Below are positions 43,073 through 53,486 of a stretch of 64,000 bases of DNA, piece by piece. Made by a program: the position numbers and the translations under genes. A model generated the notes under the pieces. That model did not search any database. It worked only from the letters and a program-made list of their open reading frames with translations, and was not told the origin of the DNA. The number at the start of each line of letters is the position of its first letter. Within the stretch, counting starts at the first letter, position 1. Source of the DNA: an uncultured delta proteobacterium (GTDB lineage: Bacteria > Desulfobacterota > Binatia > UBA9968); assembly GCA_963745035.1 (NCBI GenBank), contig CAVUVW010000013.1, positions 1,902,398 through 1,966,397 on the forward strand, read 5' to 3'.

Positions 43073-43680
43073 CGACACGAGGACTAGTGGTCCTCTTCCC
43101 GCCCCGAACACGGAAGTCAAACCGGGCGCGAAAACGCAAACCCTCATAGAGCAGTTTCCACGCTCGGTCAGGACAATCACCCGCGACGCCGGGAGAACGG
43201 CTCTTTTGCTCCAAAACGTAAACAGCAGCACGGCGCGCATTGCTTAATGCCTTATTTAATCCGAAATACCGGGTGTCGAGGCGCTTCGAGGGCGAAATCT
43301 CTCAGATCAGAATGTACCGTTACGTCAAAGAATGGTCGAACCACTGGAACCTGTGCAAGATACGTTTTCAGGACGGGAGCCGCTTCTTCAGCCGGAAGTT
43401 CCTGGACCTTTACAATCTCAGATCGCCGACCACGTTGCAGCGTGACTTGGCCCGCTGCACGAGCGTTTCTCACCCAACCAACCTCACCGTAGGGCGCGAC
43501 AAGCCAGCGCTGCCGCTCGTGTTCGACGAGTGTCACCGGGGTTGAGTAGGAGCGACCCGTTTTTCTTCCTCTAACCGTTAGGAGATAGGTATGCGGAGGA
43601 CTCATGTCCAGTCGCAACAAGGCGCGGATGATCAAGTTCACTAGCTTGCGCCATGTCCCTAAGTGGTATGCCCAAGCCAT
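43073..43680. repeat. About 600-bp direct repeat, copy 1 (att-like element plus FDOR gene)
   Basis: Aligns to 46946-47536; CDS nearly identical, non-coding part more diverged. Confidence 0.85.
43252..43680 (-). CDS. Deazaflavin (F420)-dependent nitroreductase family protein (FDOR-A/Ddn-like), copy 1
   Basis: LLTVRGRKTG...TPV, WVRNARAAG, HPVFRI. Confidence 0.88.
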   Translation of the reverse strand: MAWAYHLGTWRKLVNLIIRALLRLDMSPPHTYLLTVRGRKTGRSYSTPVTLVEHERQRWLVAPYGEVGWVRNARAAGQVTLQRGRRSEIVKVQELPAEEAAPVLKTYLAQVPVVRPFFDVTVHSDLRDFALEAPRHPVFRIK

Positions 43681-43780
43681 ATTGCGTTCAGATACAGCAG
43701 TTTCAAAACCGGTACTCGTCTTTTTCGCGTCTCACCGCATACTCGACTAAGAAAGCCGAAGACAGAAGGGTCTCGCCACT

Positions 43781-44740
43781 TTATAGCTGTGTTTTTCTTA
43801 GTTCGTTTTGTGCCTGCTTTAGAATGCTCAGGTCTGCGACTTCATTGAGAGGAACTTCGCGTGTGATCTTAGCAATTTTTTTGTTTTCCTCAATCACAAA
43901 ACGCAATCCTTTCTCGGGAAGACCGCCATCGTCGCTAAATAATTTGCCCAATGAATTGTACGTGTTGACGGCGCTGTCCCTGTTCGTTTTTTGCCAATCG
44001 ATCAGGAATTGAATGGTGCCTTCGCGTTCTGCTCTGATATAGCGGCTCGCCTTGATCCCGGCCTTGATGACGCGTTTCACTTCATCAGGTTTAAGTTTGA
44101 TTTTGCTGATTGTGGTGGTCAACCCGGCGTCCGGATAGCTAAAGAGCTCATACGTTTTAGCGAGCACGTGAAAGCCCATCTTCACGCCTTCTGCATCTGC
44201 GGGCACACTAAATACACTGCCGGCGATCAGCCCCTGCTTCATGGCAGCAAATCGGTTTTCTGCCGCCGCGCCGAGAGCGAGAAATTTGACATCTTTGTCG
44301 GGGTCCAAACCAAAGTGCCTGAGAACAAGCCGCGCCATTACCTCCGGTGCCCCGCCGAACGTGCTCGTGCCCAACGTTTGTCCCCGGAGGTCGTGGACTG
44401 ATTTTATATCCGGACGGGCGATTAGAGCGGAAGGATGTACTGGTAAAAAGCTCGCTGTCGCCCTGACGGGCAGTCCCTGCATTGCTGAACGAACGGCGAA
44501 ACCGATCGCTCCCCAGTAGTCGAGTTCACCGCTCACTAACGCCGCCATTGCGACCTGCCCAAAGATCCGAATGTGTTCGACTTCCAATTTCTCTTCCGCG
44601 AAGAAGCCCTTTTTGTGGGCCAAGGGAAACGTCATGAATTGCGCACCGATGTTAGGGATACCGATCCTGATTCGATCAGCAGCACTCGATGACGTGCAAA
44701 GTAGAACCACGCTGAGAAATCCTACAATGAGCTTGTACAT
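43781..44740 (-). CDS. NMT1/SsuA family ABC substrate-binding protein
   Basis: Signal peptide; KKGFFAEEKLEVE, ALVSGELDY, IKSVHDLRG. Confidence 0.85.
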   Translation of the reverse strand: MYKLIVGFLSVVLLCTSSSAADRIRIGIPNIGAQFMTFPLAHKKGFFAEEKLEVEHIRIFGQVAMAALVSGELDYWGAIGFAVRSAMQGLPVRATASFLPVHPSALIARPDIKSVHDLRGQTLGTSTFGGAPEVMARLVLRHFGLDPDKDVKFLALGAAAENRFAAMKQGLIAGSVFSVPADAEGVKMGFHVLAKTYELFSYPDAGLTTTISKIKLKPDEVKRVIKAGIKASRYIRAEREGTIQFLIDWQKTNRDSAVNTYNSLGKLFSDDGGLPEKGLRFVIEENKKIAKITREVPLNEVADLSILKQAQNELRKTQL

Positions 44741-45154
44741 AAAAATCCTTTCTACTCTGTAGTTAGAAGATTCTCATCAATGCCTGCAAACGCAGACCCA
44801 GCTCATTGAAGAAGCTCGTTTGCGATCTGAACCCATGGGTGTAATTCATGCATCATTCGATGAGGGCTCGGTTATAACATGTTTGCCATGGGCTACCGGA
44901 CCCACGTTAGTCGGACTCCAGTACAAGTGGTCCGGGTCTGTCAAGAGTTGCTTTTGTACTACACGGGTGGGGAACGATCGGCATTCGGGAGTACGATCAA
45001 ACCCAAGTTTTGATCAGATACTCAGGACGATACGGATTGACATTGGTGTAACAGCCACACTACGCTGCTGCCCGACCGAACTGTCCAGCATATGTTTAGT
45101 CGAGCACGTATTGAATGATCCAGAGTGACCGCTGGAGATTGGAGGCGTGGAATT

Positions 45155-46255
45155 ATGGCATTGGTCGATCAAAATAAAATTAAACGCTCAGGTGTTGGGC
45201 TACGTGCATGTGATCGCGACGGAGCCTTTGCGGGCTTTACACTATTCACGCCAATCAGCGGCACAGGTAAGGTTTACCTGATCGATTTGGCTGGAGAGGT
45301 CGTCCATACCTGGCAGATGCCTTATCCCCCAGGCATTTACGGTTATCTCACCGATAGGGGCACGTTTTTCTATAACGGCAAAACGGTCGAGAACTCGACG
45401 CGCTTCATCAGCAGCAAACCCTGGAAAGGCGGTGCGGCACTCGAAGCTGACTGGAACGGTCGTGTTCTTTGGGAGGTGCACCACCCAGATCATCACCACG
45501 ATGGAATAAGGCTCAGGAATGGCAACGTGTTACTGATATGTCTCGCTTCGCTCCCCAACGATATAGTCCCAAAGATTCAAGGCGGACTCGTCGGCACCGA
45601 ACATAACGGCGAGATATATGCAGATTATCTCGTCGAGATGACTACCAGCGGCCAAATTGTGTGGGAATGGCGGAGCTGGGAGCACCTTGACCCTGGAACA
45701 GATCGCATCATCGCCGTGCAAGATCCTCGAGATGAATGGACGCATGCAAACGGTCTCGCCGAGCTAACGAACGGCAACATCGTTGTGAGTTTTCGCCACA
45801 TCTCGACGGTGATCATCATCGATCGTAAGACAGGCAATATTGTTTGGAAACTTGGAGCGCCTCCTTTGTCCGGCCAGCATGCACCGACGCCGCTGCCGAA
45901 TGGCAAACTCTTGATCTTTGACAACGGGCCGCACCGTCTGGATCACACGATGCCATTTTCTCGCATAATCGAAGTGGAATTAGCAACTAAACAAATTGTT
46001 TGGAAATACCAGGAACGGCGGGAGTATGAATTTTTCAGCCCACGCATCTCAAACGCACAGCGATTGCCGAACGGCAACACCTTAATCTGCGAGGGTGACT
46101 TCGGACGCTTGTTTGAAGTAACTGCTGAAGGCGAATTGGTTTGGGAGTACGTCAACCCGTTTTTCAGCGAAGGCCCAAATGGTTTAAACAACCGCGTTTT
46201 TCGTGCGTACAGATACAGCGCGGATGAGATTGAGACAGCCAAGGCGAATGCGTGA
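45155..46255 (+). CDS. Arylsulfotransferase (ASST) family beta-propeller
   Basis: GFTLFTP, HHHD, WTHAN, GQH, IFDNG, SNAQRLPNGNTLICEG, VFRAYRY. Confidence 0.88.
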   Translation: MALVDQNKIKRSGVGLRACDRDGAFAGFTLFTPISGTGKVYLIDLAGEVVHTWQMPYPPGIYGYLTDRGTFFYNGKTVENSTRFISSKPWKGGAALEADWNGRVLWEVHHPDHHHDGIRLRNGNVLLICLASLPNDIVPKIQGGLVGTEHNGEIYADYLVEMTTSGQIVWEWRSWEHLDPGTDRIIAVQDPRDEWTHANGLAELTNGNIVVSFRHISTVIIIDRKTGNIVWKLGAPPLSGQHAPTPLPNGKLLIFDNGPHRLDHTMPFSRIIEVELATKQIVWKYQERREYEFFSPRISNAQRLPNGNTLICEGDFGRLFEVTAEGELVWEYVNPFFSEGPNGLNNRVFRAYRYSADEIETAKANA

Positions 46256-46467
46256 AATCAACCCCACCGCGGCGGGAAACGCTCCATGCCCCACAATGTC
46301 AAGTAGCACCTGGCAGCGGTCCAGGACTCATGCTGAGTTCCAGTGCCGCTGTCCGCTCTTTATCTCTTGTCGTTTGGATTAGCGCAGCGGTAATGAGCTT
46401 GCCCGTAGCATTTGCCGATGTTAGTCTAGGCGCCACTCTGTATATTCATACTGAACGGGAGTGAAGT

Positions 46468-46857
46468 TTGGAAGGACTGGTTGGCTTCATGTTAGAGGGA
46501 AATCGGGGGGTCTATCGGCCTGTCGCTTCCGTCACATTCGACGAAGCCGTCGCCCAGGTCCGCGCCGCTATCGCATTTGCCTGCTCAACCAGGATCAAGG
46601 ACTTGTTGGTCGATACTACGGCGCTGACTGGGTTCGCTTCGCCCGATACATTCCAGCGGTTCTTGGCCGCCGTGGCATGGGCGGGAGAGGCGAATGGGCG
46701 ATTGCGCTTGGCGATGGTTGCTCGTGAGGAGATGATCGACCGCAAAAGATTCGGGGTGACGGTTGCGAGAAACCGTGGATTGGTCAGCAATATCTTTAGC
46801 ACCGAGGCGGAGGCCCGCGCCTGGCTCGACCGTTTCTTGCCGGAGCCAGGGAGATGA
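46468..46857 (+). CDS. Hypothetical protein, possible STAS/SpoIIAA-like fold
   Basis: LLVD.T.L...RLAMV...FGVTVARNRG...IFSTEAEARAWL. Confidence 0.55.
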   Translation: MEGLVGFMLEGNRGVYRPVASVTFDEAVAQVRAAIAFACSTRIKDLLVDTTALTGFASPDTFQRFLAAVAWAGEANGRLRLAMVAREEMIDRKRFGVTVARNRGLVSNIFSTEAEARAWLDRFLPEPGR

Positions 46858-46945
46858 TGACTATTAAGCGGTTAACGATTGATGCTCTATCGAATGCACG
46901 CATCTGTTCTACAAGCGTGAAGTGGTTTATAACGCATGAACCACC

Positions 46946-47536
46946 CGACACGAGGATTATTGATCCTCTTCCCGCCCCGACCACGGAAGTCAAACCGGGC
47001 GTAGAAAACGCAAGCCTCAATAGAGCAGTTTCCAAAAAATCCGCTACGCCGGTAGAACGGCTCTCTGCCCCAGAAGCGTAGCAGCACGACGCGCACTGCT
47101 TAATGCCTTATTTAATCCGAAATACCGGATGTCGAGGCGCTTCGAGGGCGAAATCTCTCAGATCAGAATGTACCGTTACGTCAAAGAATGGTCGAACCAC
47201 CGGAACCTGAGCAAGATATGTTTTCAAGACGGAAGCCGCTTCTTCAGCCGGAAGTTCCTGGAGCTTTACAGTCTCAGATCGCCGACCACGCTGCAGGGTG
47301 ACTTGCCCCGCTGCACGAGCGTTTCTCACCCAACCAACCTCGCCGTAGGGCGCGACAAGCCAGCGCTGCCGCTCGCGTTCGACGAGTGTCACCGGGGTTG
47401 AGTAGGAGCGACCCGTTTTTCTTCCTCTAACCGTTAGGAGATAGGTATGCGGAGGACTCATGTCCAGTCGCAACAAGGCGCGGACGATCAAGTTCACTAG
47501 CTTGCGCCATGTCCCTAAGTGGTATGCCCAAGCCAT
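46946..47536. repeat. About 600-bp direct repeat, copy 2
   Basis: Aligns to 43073-43680. Confidence 0.85.
47108..47536 (-). CDS. Deazaflavin-dependent nitroreductase family protein, copy 2
   Basis: Differs from copy 1 at about 5 of 142 residues; GGAGG RBS. Confidence 0.88.
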   Translation of the reverse strand: MAWAYHLGTWRKLVNLIVRALLRLDMSPPHTYLLTVRGRKTGRSYSTPVTLVERERQRWLVAPYGEVGWVRNARAAGQVTLQRGRRSETVKLQELPAEEAASVLKTYLAQVPVVRPFFDVTVHSDLRDFALEAPRHPVFRIK

Positions 47537-47554
47537 GCTGCCTCCGGCAGGAAA

Positions 47555-48885
47555 TTACGACGGTGTCGGCGTTTTGGTTCCGACGGCACAATGAAACGGT
47601 TGAGCAATGAAATACGTTCCATCCAAAACCGCTTGCGCCATACCCGCCTTCCATTCCTCCGTCTCGATGTTAGTTAGGGCGCCGAGAATAGCGCCATGCG
47701 CAAAATGCGCTTGGGGTGTGTCGGGTTCCGGAGAAGCGGCAAATTGCGGCCATATCGTGGTGTTCGCCAGACCTAAATTGTGAAAACGTCGATAAAGACT
47801 CGCATCCGCACATCCCTCTGCACCAACGAACCCGCGTGGGATTTGCGTCTTGGATTTTAACTCTGGGCTTAATGGAATATTAACGACCAATGGAATGTCG
47901 ATCGCTCTCACCATCACAGCCACACGTCCTCCAGGCTTCGTCACCCGGACTAATTCGCGCAGCATGCGGTCGGCATTTCCTTCCTCTAAAACTGTAAACG
48001 ACACTGCCATGTCCACGTGGTTGTCTGGAAACGGGAGGGCTTCCGCATTTCCTTCATGAAATGTAATCAGATTTGAAAGACCCTCCTCTACGGCCAGAGC
48101 GGAGGCTTCGCGCAGGAGATAACGGTTAACGTCAACGCCGATAATATTGTTGTTCTGGCCTGTGTAGTGGGCGAGCCAGCGATCTACAACACCAGAACCA
48201 CAACCGACTTCCAAGATGATCTCGCTAGGCCGCAACTGCACAACGTCGATCACGCGCCGTACTGCGTTCAGATAGCCGACTGAATGGCCCCGAGATTCCA
48301 ACATGGCTAAAAAACCCAACTCAGGCCCCCCGAGAGTGACAGTGCGATACCGGGCGCAAAGAACCGGTAACAGAGGCTCCCATTGGGACGATGCTAAACT
48401 CAGCGGCAGCAGCACGAGCGGTGTTCCTGCGCCCTCGCAGGTGTACCTAATACCTGCAATTGTGGCCCTCCGAATTCTGCTCCGCCTTATTGTCATTTCG
48501 CGGTGGCTCTTCCGTGATCACATTGAACAACGCATTTTCCACATGGGTGGTAAAGTCTGCGATGGGATCTGCCCATGGGGGACTGAAGTACGCAGGGAGC
48601 CAGATTACTCTAGCATCGGGCAGGCTATTCGCAGCCTCTCTCACCATTGAGGCAGGGCGACCTTGATCACCGCTAACTATTTGTAAACGTGTACCGAGAG
48701 CACGCAAACTACCATCGAGACGCGGCGGACAGACAAGCGTGAGCGATTCAATACGTTCCGGATGCGCCAGAGCAAGGCCCGCTACGTCGGCCAGCATGGA
48801 CGCTGCGAAGTGAGCACGCTCCATTCCCAAATGGTCGAGCACGTCGGAAATGCGAGCGGTCCACAGTAAGTTCTGCTGCGGTCAT
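47555..48885 (-). CDS. Degenerate alpha/beta-hydrolase-like region fused to a class I SAM methyltransferase; +1 indels near 48860 and 48465
   Basis: LDHLGMERAHFAAS...HPERIESLTLV; ILEVGCGSG, EGNAEALPFPD, LVRVTKPGG. Confidence 0.75.
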
Positions 48886-49231
48886 CAGCCCATCTCCTCG
48901 GTTTCTGCTGATGGACGTTGTTTCGGAAACACCAGGAGGTATAGCTCAGATTTCGGCGATTGGGCAATCGTGAACTAGATGCAAATCGACGCACCGCTCT
49001 CGGACAATCTACTTTTCTAAAGCGACCCAGCACGCCGTGAGAACGGCTCCATACCCCCCAATGTCAGTAGCACCGGCAGCGGGCCAGAATCCGCGTGAGT
49101 TTGGCGGGTGGAACTAAAATTTGGTGGAGCTATGATGTTAACTCGACGCTAGTCGCCGTGATTCAGACGACGTCGTGTGGCTGATTTAGTCTGCCGGGAT
49201 TGAGGGATGAGACTGAAAGGAGAACCCTATC

Positions 49232-49435
49232 ATGGCAAAACACTCGTACAAGAATCACGAAATCGAAGTCTCCACGAGAGATAACGGCGATTTCATAGAG
49301 GCAAGCGCGAAATTTAAACCTATGCACGGGTATTTAGGGACTTTTAGCATGTGGGGCAAATTCTCAAGCCTCCAAGCAGCGGAAGAAGCCGTTTTAGAAG
49401 AAGCAAAGAGGATCATTGATAACCGCAGCAAATAG
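49232..49435 (+). CDS. Small hypothetical protein
   Basis: AAGGAG RBS; 67 aa, YKNHEIEV...FSSLQAAEEA..EEAKRIID. Confidence 0.6.
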   Translation: MAKHSYKNHEIEVSTRDNGDFIEASAKFKPMHGYLGTFSMWGKFSSLQAAEEAVLEEAKRIIDNRSK

Positions 49436-49696
49436 GTACCGCGCCACGAACAGAATGGGTCGCGCGCTGACTAAGAACAATCAGTCTGCTTTTCACATAA
49501 ATAATGCTCATTTTTATTTTTTCACGCATGCGTTCTGCTCATTGTGGTTCATTACACTCGTCTTAGGAGCGCGAACCGGGACGCCGAAACTATAGTATAG
49601 AATTAGCCTGAATTAGACCTGCCAATAATTTGGAAAATGAGATGGAATTCGAGCGAGGTGGGAGGGCCACCTCGCCCGCCGAAAATCCGAAGAAAC

Positions 49697-50026
49697 TTAC
49701 TTGGTTGCTTTTTTCTCTTCAGCCTTTTTCTCTTCACCCTCAAAGCCGACTTTCGTATCGCGGGCTTTTCTTTCGCCCTGCGCACCGGCCTTAGTGTCAG
49801 CGGCTTTCTCTTTGCCGTCGGTTTTCTTCTCTTCACCCCCAAAGCCGACTTTCGTATCGCGGGCTTTTCTTTCGCCCTGGGCACCGGCCTTGGTGTCAGC
49901 GGCTTTCTCTTTGCCGTCGGTTTTCTTCTCTTCACCCGTAACGCCGACCTTCTTATCACCTTCCGCAGCGTAGGCTGCCGAAGCCAAAAATGCAGAAGTA
50001 ACTAGAACACTCAGGAAGCGTTTCAT
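49697..50026 (-). CDS. Secreted low-complexity K/E/D/G-rich protein with a 33-aa tandem repeat
   Basis: AGGAGG RBS, signal peptide ending AYA, GEEKKTDGKEKAADTKAGAQGERKARDTKVGF twice. Confidence 0.75.
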   Translation of the reverse strand: MKRFLSVLVTSAFLASAAYAAEGDKKVGVTGEEKKTDGKEKAADTKAGAQGERKARDTKVGFGGEEKKTDGKEKAADTKAGAQGERKARDTKVGFEGEEKKAEEKKATK

Positions 50027-50295
50027 TTATGATCCTCCTTCATGAATATCGTGAATATATTATCGTTACGTCCCAAACTAACAACCCAATGGTGCCCTCC
50101 CTCCACTCGGCTCCATCAGATTATGTAAGTTAGACGCCTATTTGGACGTGCCATTCACCACTATACTGCCACGTTGTCGATATTCCCTTCTGAAGGTCGG
50201 GTCGAAATAGCAGTCTCCGGGGGCCAAATGCAGTCTAGGGGTATTTGTGGGCGGCGGTCCTCGTAGGTAGGCAACAGCAGGGGGCAAACCAAACC

Positions 50296-50560
50296 ACCCG
50301 ACACGAGGACTCTCAATTCTCGTAGCACCTCTAACCAGCAGAGAACAAAGAGGAATTTTATGACTTTGCCATTACTTTGTCGGTCAGAAATTCCATCTAG
50401 AATCGAATAGAATCTCGTCTGACAGATCGAATCGCGCTGTTCACACAGCAAAAACGGCGCTATTCTGTCGTCATGGCAGGGATACGCGGGAAATCCGGGC
50501 CACCAGGCAACCAGAACCGTTTAACACGGTCTGGCTCGCGCAACGCCGGGTAAACGGCGT
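50296..50560 (+). mobile_element. Internally deleted element: tRNA-Phe-derived core, arm repeats and 5' remnant of a terminase-small-like gene
   Basis: ACCCGACACGAGGA-CTCTCAA-TTCTCGT; ACTTTGCC/ACTTTGTC at 50363-50381; MAGIRGKSGPPGNQN..HGL from 50473. Confidence 0.6.
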
Positions 50561-50617
50561 GCTATCGCCAGCAGAGCAGTCCATCCGGGAGGAGCCGTTG
50601 CTGGTGGTCAGGTCACG

Positions 50618-51532
50618 CTAGGCGGAAAGCGCTTTCGCGGCGCCCCTGATCTTTTCCGGTCCTTCTTGAGTCAACTCGTTGATGAGTTTGACAAAGTGGG
50701 GATGCTCCAATCCCGATACCAGGAAAGTCCATCTCCAGGCGTGTTGGGTCTTTGTCGAAATCTCCTCTTTCTCTGCCTCCGTGAACCTGCGGCCGGTCAC
50801 GTTCTGCAGAGTCTCTATGTTCAGCTTGATCTGCTGCAACAGTAACCCGTCGATAGCTCCCCCAAGTTCGAGGAGCTCATCGACGGCAGTTTCTCGCTCC
50901 TCTAGGGTGGCCGTGTCGGCAATTTCGTCGATGAGCAGGGTATCAAGCTTGGCGTGTTGGGCCTCTTCCATCCAATGAAATCTCAAAAGATCGCGGAACA
51001 GCTCATCGAGACCCGAACCATCACGTACGTGTTCGACGTAATGGAGCTGGGTAAACCATTCGATTACCGTGGTCAAATACAGCGCGGCCAGCACTGACTT
51101 GCTCAGGACGACCTTCGCCACATCTTCCCGACCGGCGATTAAGCCGCACCTCGTGCCGAAGCTTTGGTCGAACAAAGCCATCGAGCGGCGAAAGAGCTCC
51201 TGATGCTTGAGCTCCTCCTCGGCGAACCGTAGCAATGAGCGGAGCCTGACTTCCTCCCCGTAGGCGTCCTTCAACGCCGCTTGCATCACCATGGGAATAA
51301 TAAATTCCTCCACGAAAGCGAAGATGTGGCAGTAGGCATTGCCCATGATCTGGTTTAACTGGCGCTTCTCGTTGTCGTTCAGACATGTGATGTTGTCAAC
51401 ACCACTCAACCGATTCGGCAGGAAACGCTTCGAGAAATCGAAGTTCTTGCCTGCAAAAACATCGTCCTCTTTCCACGCAACCTTCTTGGAATTGTCGAGA
51501 CATTGCTGGTAGGAGTAATTGTGTGAAAGCAT
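50618..51532 (-). CDS. Ferritin-like diiron protein (AurF-like)
   Basis: FVEE, EEELKH, IEW, EEAQH (paired ExxH motifs). Confidence 0.75.
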   Translation of the reverse strand: MLSHNYSYQQCLDNSKKVAWKEDDVFAGKNFDFSKRFLPNRLSGVDNITCLNDNEKRQLNQIMGNAYCHIFAFVEEFIIPMVMQAALKDAYGEEVRLRSLLRFAEEELKHQELFRRSMALFDQSFGTRCGLIAGREDVAKVVLSKSVLAALYLTTVIEWFTQLHYVEHVRDGSGLDELFRDLLRFHWMEEAQHAKLDTLLIDEIADTATLEERETAVDELLELGGAIDGLLLQQIKLNIETLQNVTGRRFTEAEKEEISTKTQHAWRWTFLVSGLEHPHFVKLINELTQEGPEKIRGAAKALSA

Positions 51533-52187
51533 CGTGGACCTCATCAAAATAAAAAGGTTTTAGGCTTCTTCAAATGTTGTTAAAGGCAAGACCTCCCATC
51601 TCTGGCTTGGGTCCTGCGGCCTAAGTGAAAGAAAACTTCGACGGTTGAAAGTGTAAGTCTGTGCATTGAAGCTTCCTGCTGTCAAGCACAACTTCCTAGC
51701 ACAAGGCAATCAAAGGTGTGATTGCATCCAACCAAAAAAAATCGAGCATAGCTCCAAAGCACTCCAGAGGCTGGACGGGTACAAGCGGGGGCTCGTGAAC
51801 AGTTAACCGGAAATCTGCAGCGATTCGGGTTCGAGAAGCCGCCGAAAACCGAAGCGCTTCGCGGAAATTATCGAGAATATGCCCGAACACGATGCGAGTT
51901 AACATTTGTTTCTGGTACGCCGATACTATTTTAAAAGCAGCACACTCTAAACTATTTAAAATAATAATTTCTTTAATTATCTTAAAAGTAACTGGAGCGC
52001 TATCCACCCATGAACACCTGCTGATCGCCGGTGAACAGTTTGGTGTTCATCAGTAAACGACATCCCCGCCACAGATCAGTGGCGCCAACCGATCCCACTT
52101 TATCGATCCCGGTGAAAGCTCAGGCTGATTGAGTTGAGCAGGTGCGCTCTTTCACCATCAGTAATTCTTCTCTGCTTCTGGTAGAGT

Positions 52188-52652
52188 ATGTCGATAGCCG
52201 GTAAAAAAGGACACAGCGGACCTCCAGGGAACGCCAATGCTTTCCGACATGGGCTTTCCGCAATCCAGCGCCGCCGCGCCGATGGTGAGCTAACCGACGA
52301 GGAGCAGGATGTCCGGGCCGGGATTCTTGCCGGACTGATTGCCGACAAAGGCGGAAAACAGGCGATCGGCACCGCCGAGCGCATTCTGGCCGAGATCATC
52401 AGCAGCGACGTGTCGCTCTTGGTGACGGTGAATCAAGCCATAGAGGGAGTTCTGAGAAATAATCAGAAAGCGCGAGGGAACCCGAAAGCGTTGACGCAAC
52501 TCGACGGCTATAAGCGCGACCTGGTGAACAGTCTCACCGGTGATCTACAGCGGTTCGGTTTCGAGAAAGCAGCCAAAGCTGAAACGCTTCAGGACATCAT
52601 CGAGGAAATGGGCGATGGTGGCGCCGAGGGGATTCCGACCGGGCACAATTGA
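52188..52652 (+). CDS. Phage/satellite terminase-small-subunit-like hypothetical protein
   Basis: N-terminal GHSGPPGNANAFRHGL resembles the GAPxGNxNAxKHG motif of TerS-type proteins; helical remainder. Confidence 0.5.
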   Translation: MSIAGKKGHSGPPGNANAFRHGLSAIQRRRADGELTDEEQDVRAGILAGLIADKGGKQAIGTAERILAEIISSDVSLLVTVNQAIEGVLRNNQKARGNPKALTQLDGYKRDLVNSLTGDLQRFGFEKAAKAETLQDIIEEMGDGGAEGIPTGHN

Positions 52653-52848
52653 TGTAGAATCAAGTTCGTTTTCTGTTGACGGACGGCCCGCGAGAACGCC
52701 ATGCGCCCGCGGCAAAAGATATAAAAGATATACTGGTTGACCTTGCCTACCGATAAGACTAGCCTGAATTATCTGATAACTGTTTGAGCTTACCCACCCG
52801 GGGCTGCAGGTCCGGAAGCCCGAACCCTTACCAGGGAGGTCCTGCAAA

Positions 52849-53151
52849 ATGAAGCTCCGCCATCATTCGTTAATGACTAGGAAAAGTGGTTTTGTCAGTT
52901 GGCCTCCACGGTGGCAACCGGTGGACCCGCATAGGAGTGAGGTTCAAGGGGAAGTAGGCATTCTCGACGATGCGAGCATGAATGACCTAATAACAAACAA
53001 AATCTTTGTCGCAATGGTACATCTGAAGGAACGACATACTGCCGTTTTAGCGTTTGATGACGAAATGTTTACCAACCAGCTTTATCGGCTTTTCGAGAAA
53101 AACATTGGCCGTCCGATCCGGGAAATCGGCGACCTCGATCTTCCCACCTGA
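52849..53151 (+). CDS. Hypothetical protein, 'MKLR..WPP.W..IG.LD' family
   Basis: Paralogue of 60021..60368. Confidence 0.65.
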   Translation: MKLRHHSLMTRKSGFVSWPPRWQPVDPHRSEVQGEVGILDDASMNDLITNKIFVAMVHLKERHTAVLAFDDEMFTNQLYRLFEKNIGRPIREIGDLDLPT

Positions 53152-53486
53152 TCTAGTACGTACTCTTTCCCTCCAAACTGCCTGCGTCAGAGCACATTCA
53201 GCACTTGATTCGGAATCAAGTTCGTTTTTTCTCCGTTCTGTCTTGACCCGGCTGTGTGTCCTGCCACAACTCCTGCCGTGTGGTGACTGGACCCACATCG
53301 TCGCAAACTCGACCGTTAGCGCCGCTCGCGCGTTGATAAGCCGCACCGGTCATGCCTAAACACTGAAACTTTCCCTCCTAGCCTGCCATCTCATTGGCCG
53401 GCGTGATCGGGTTCCCTTCGAGGCACTTTCGTGACATTACCGAAAATTACTTTGACAGTTGGCCGTGGGCGGGTTTTAATTGGGAA

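Noticed and set aside
48935-49132. GGAGGTATAGCTCAG and TGGTGGAGCTA as tRNA 5' and 3' relics
   Set aside because: Short matches without a foldable cloverleaf; could be chance.
49603-50005. Overlapping histone-like K/R-rich and antisense ORFs
   Set aside because: Shadow frames of the 99-bp repeat; only 49697..50026 has an RBS and a signal peptide.
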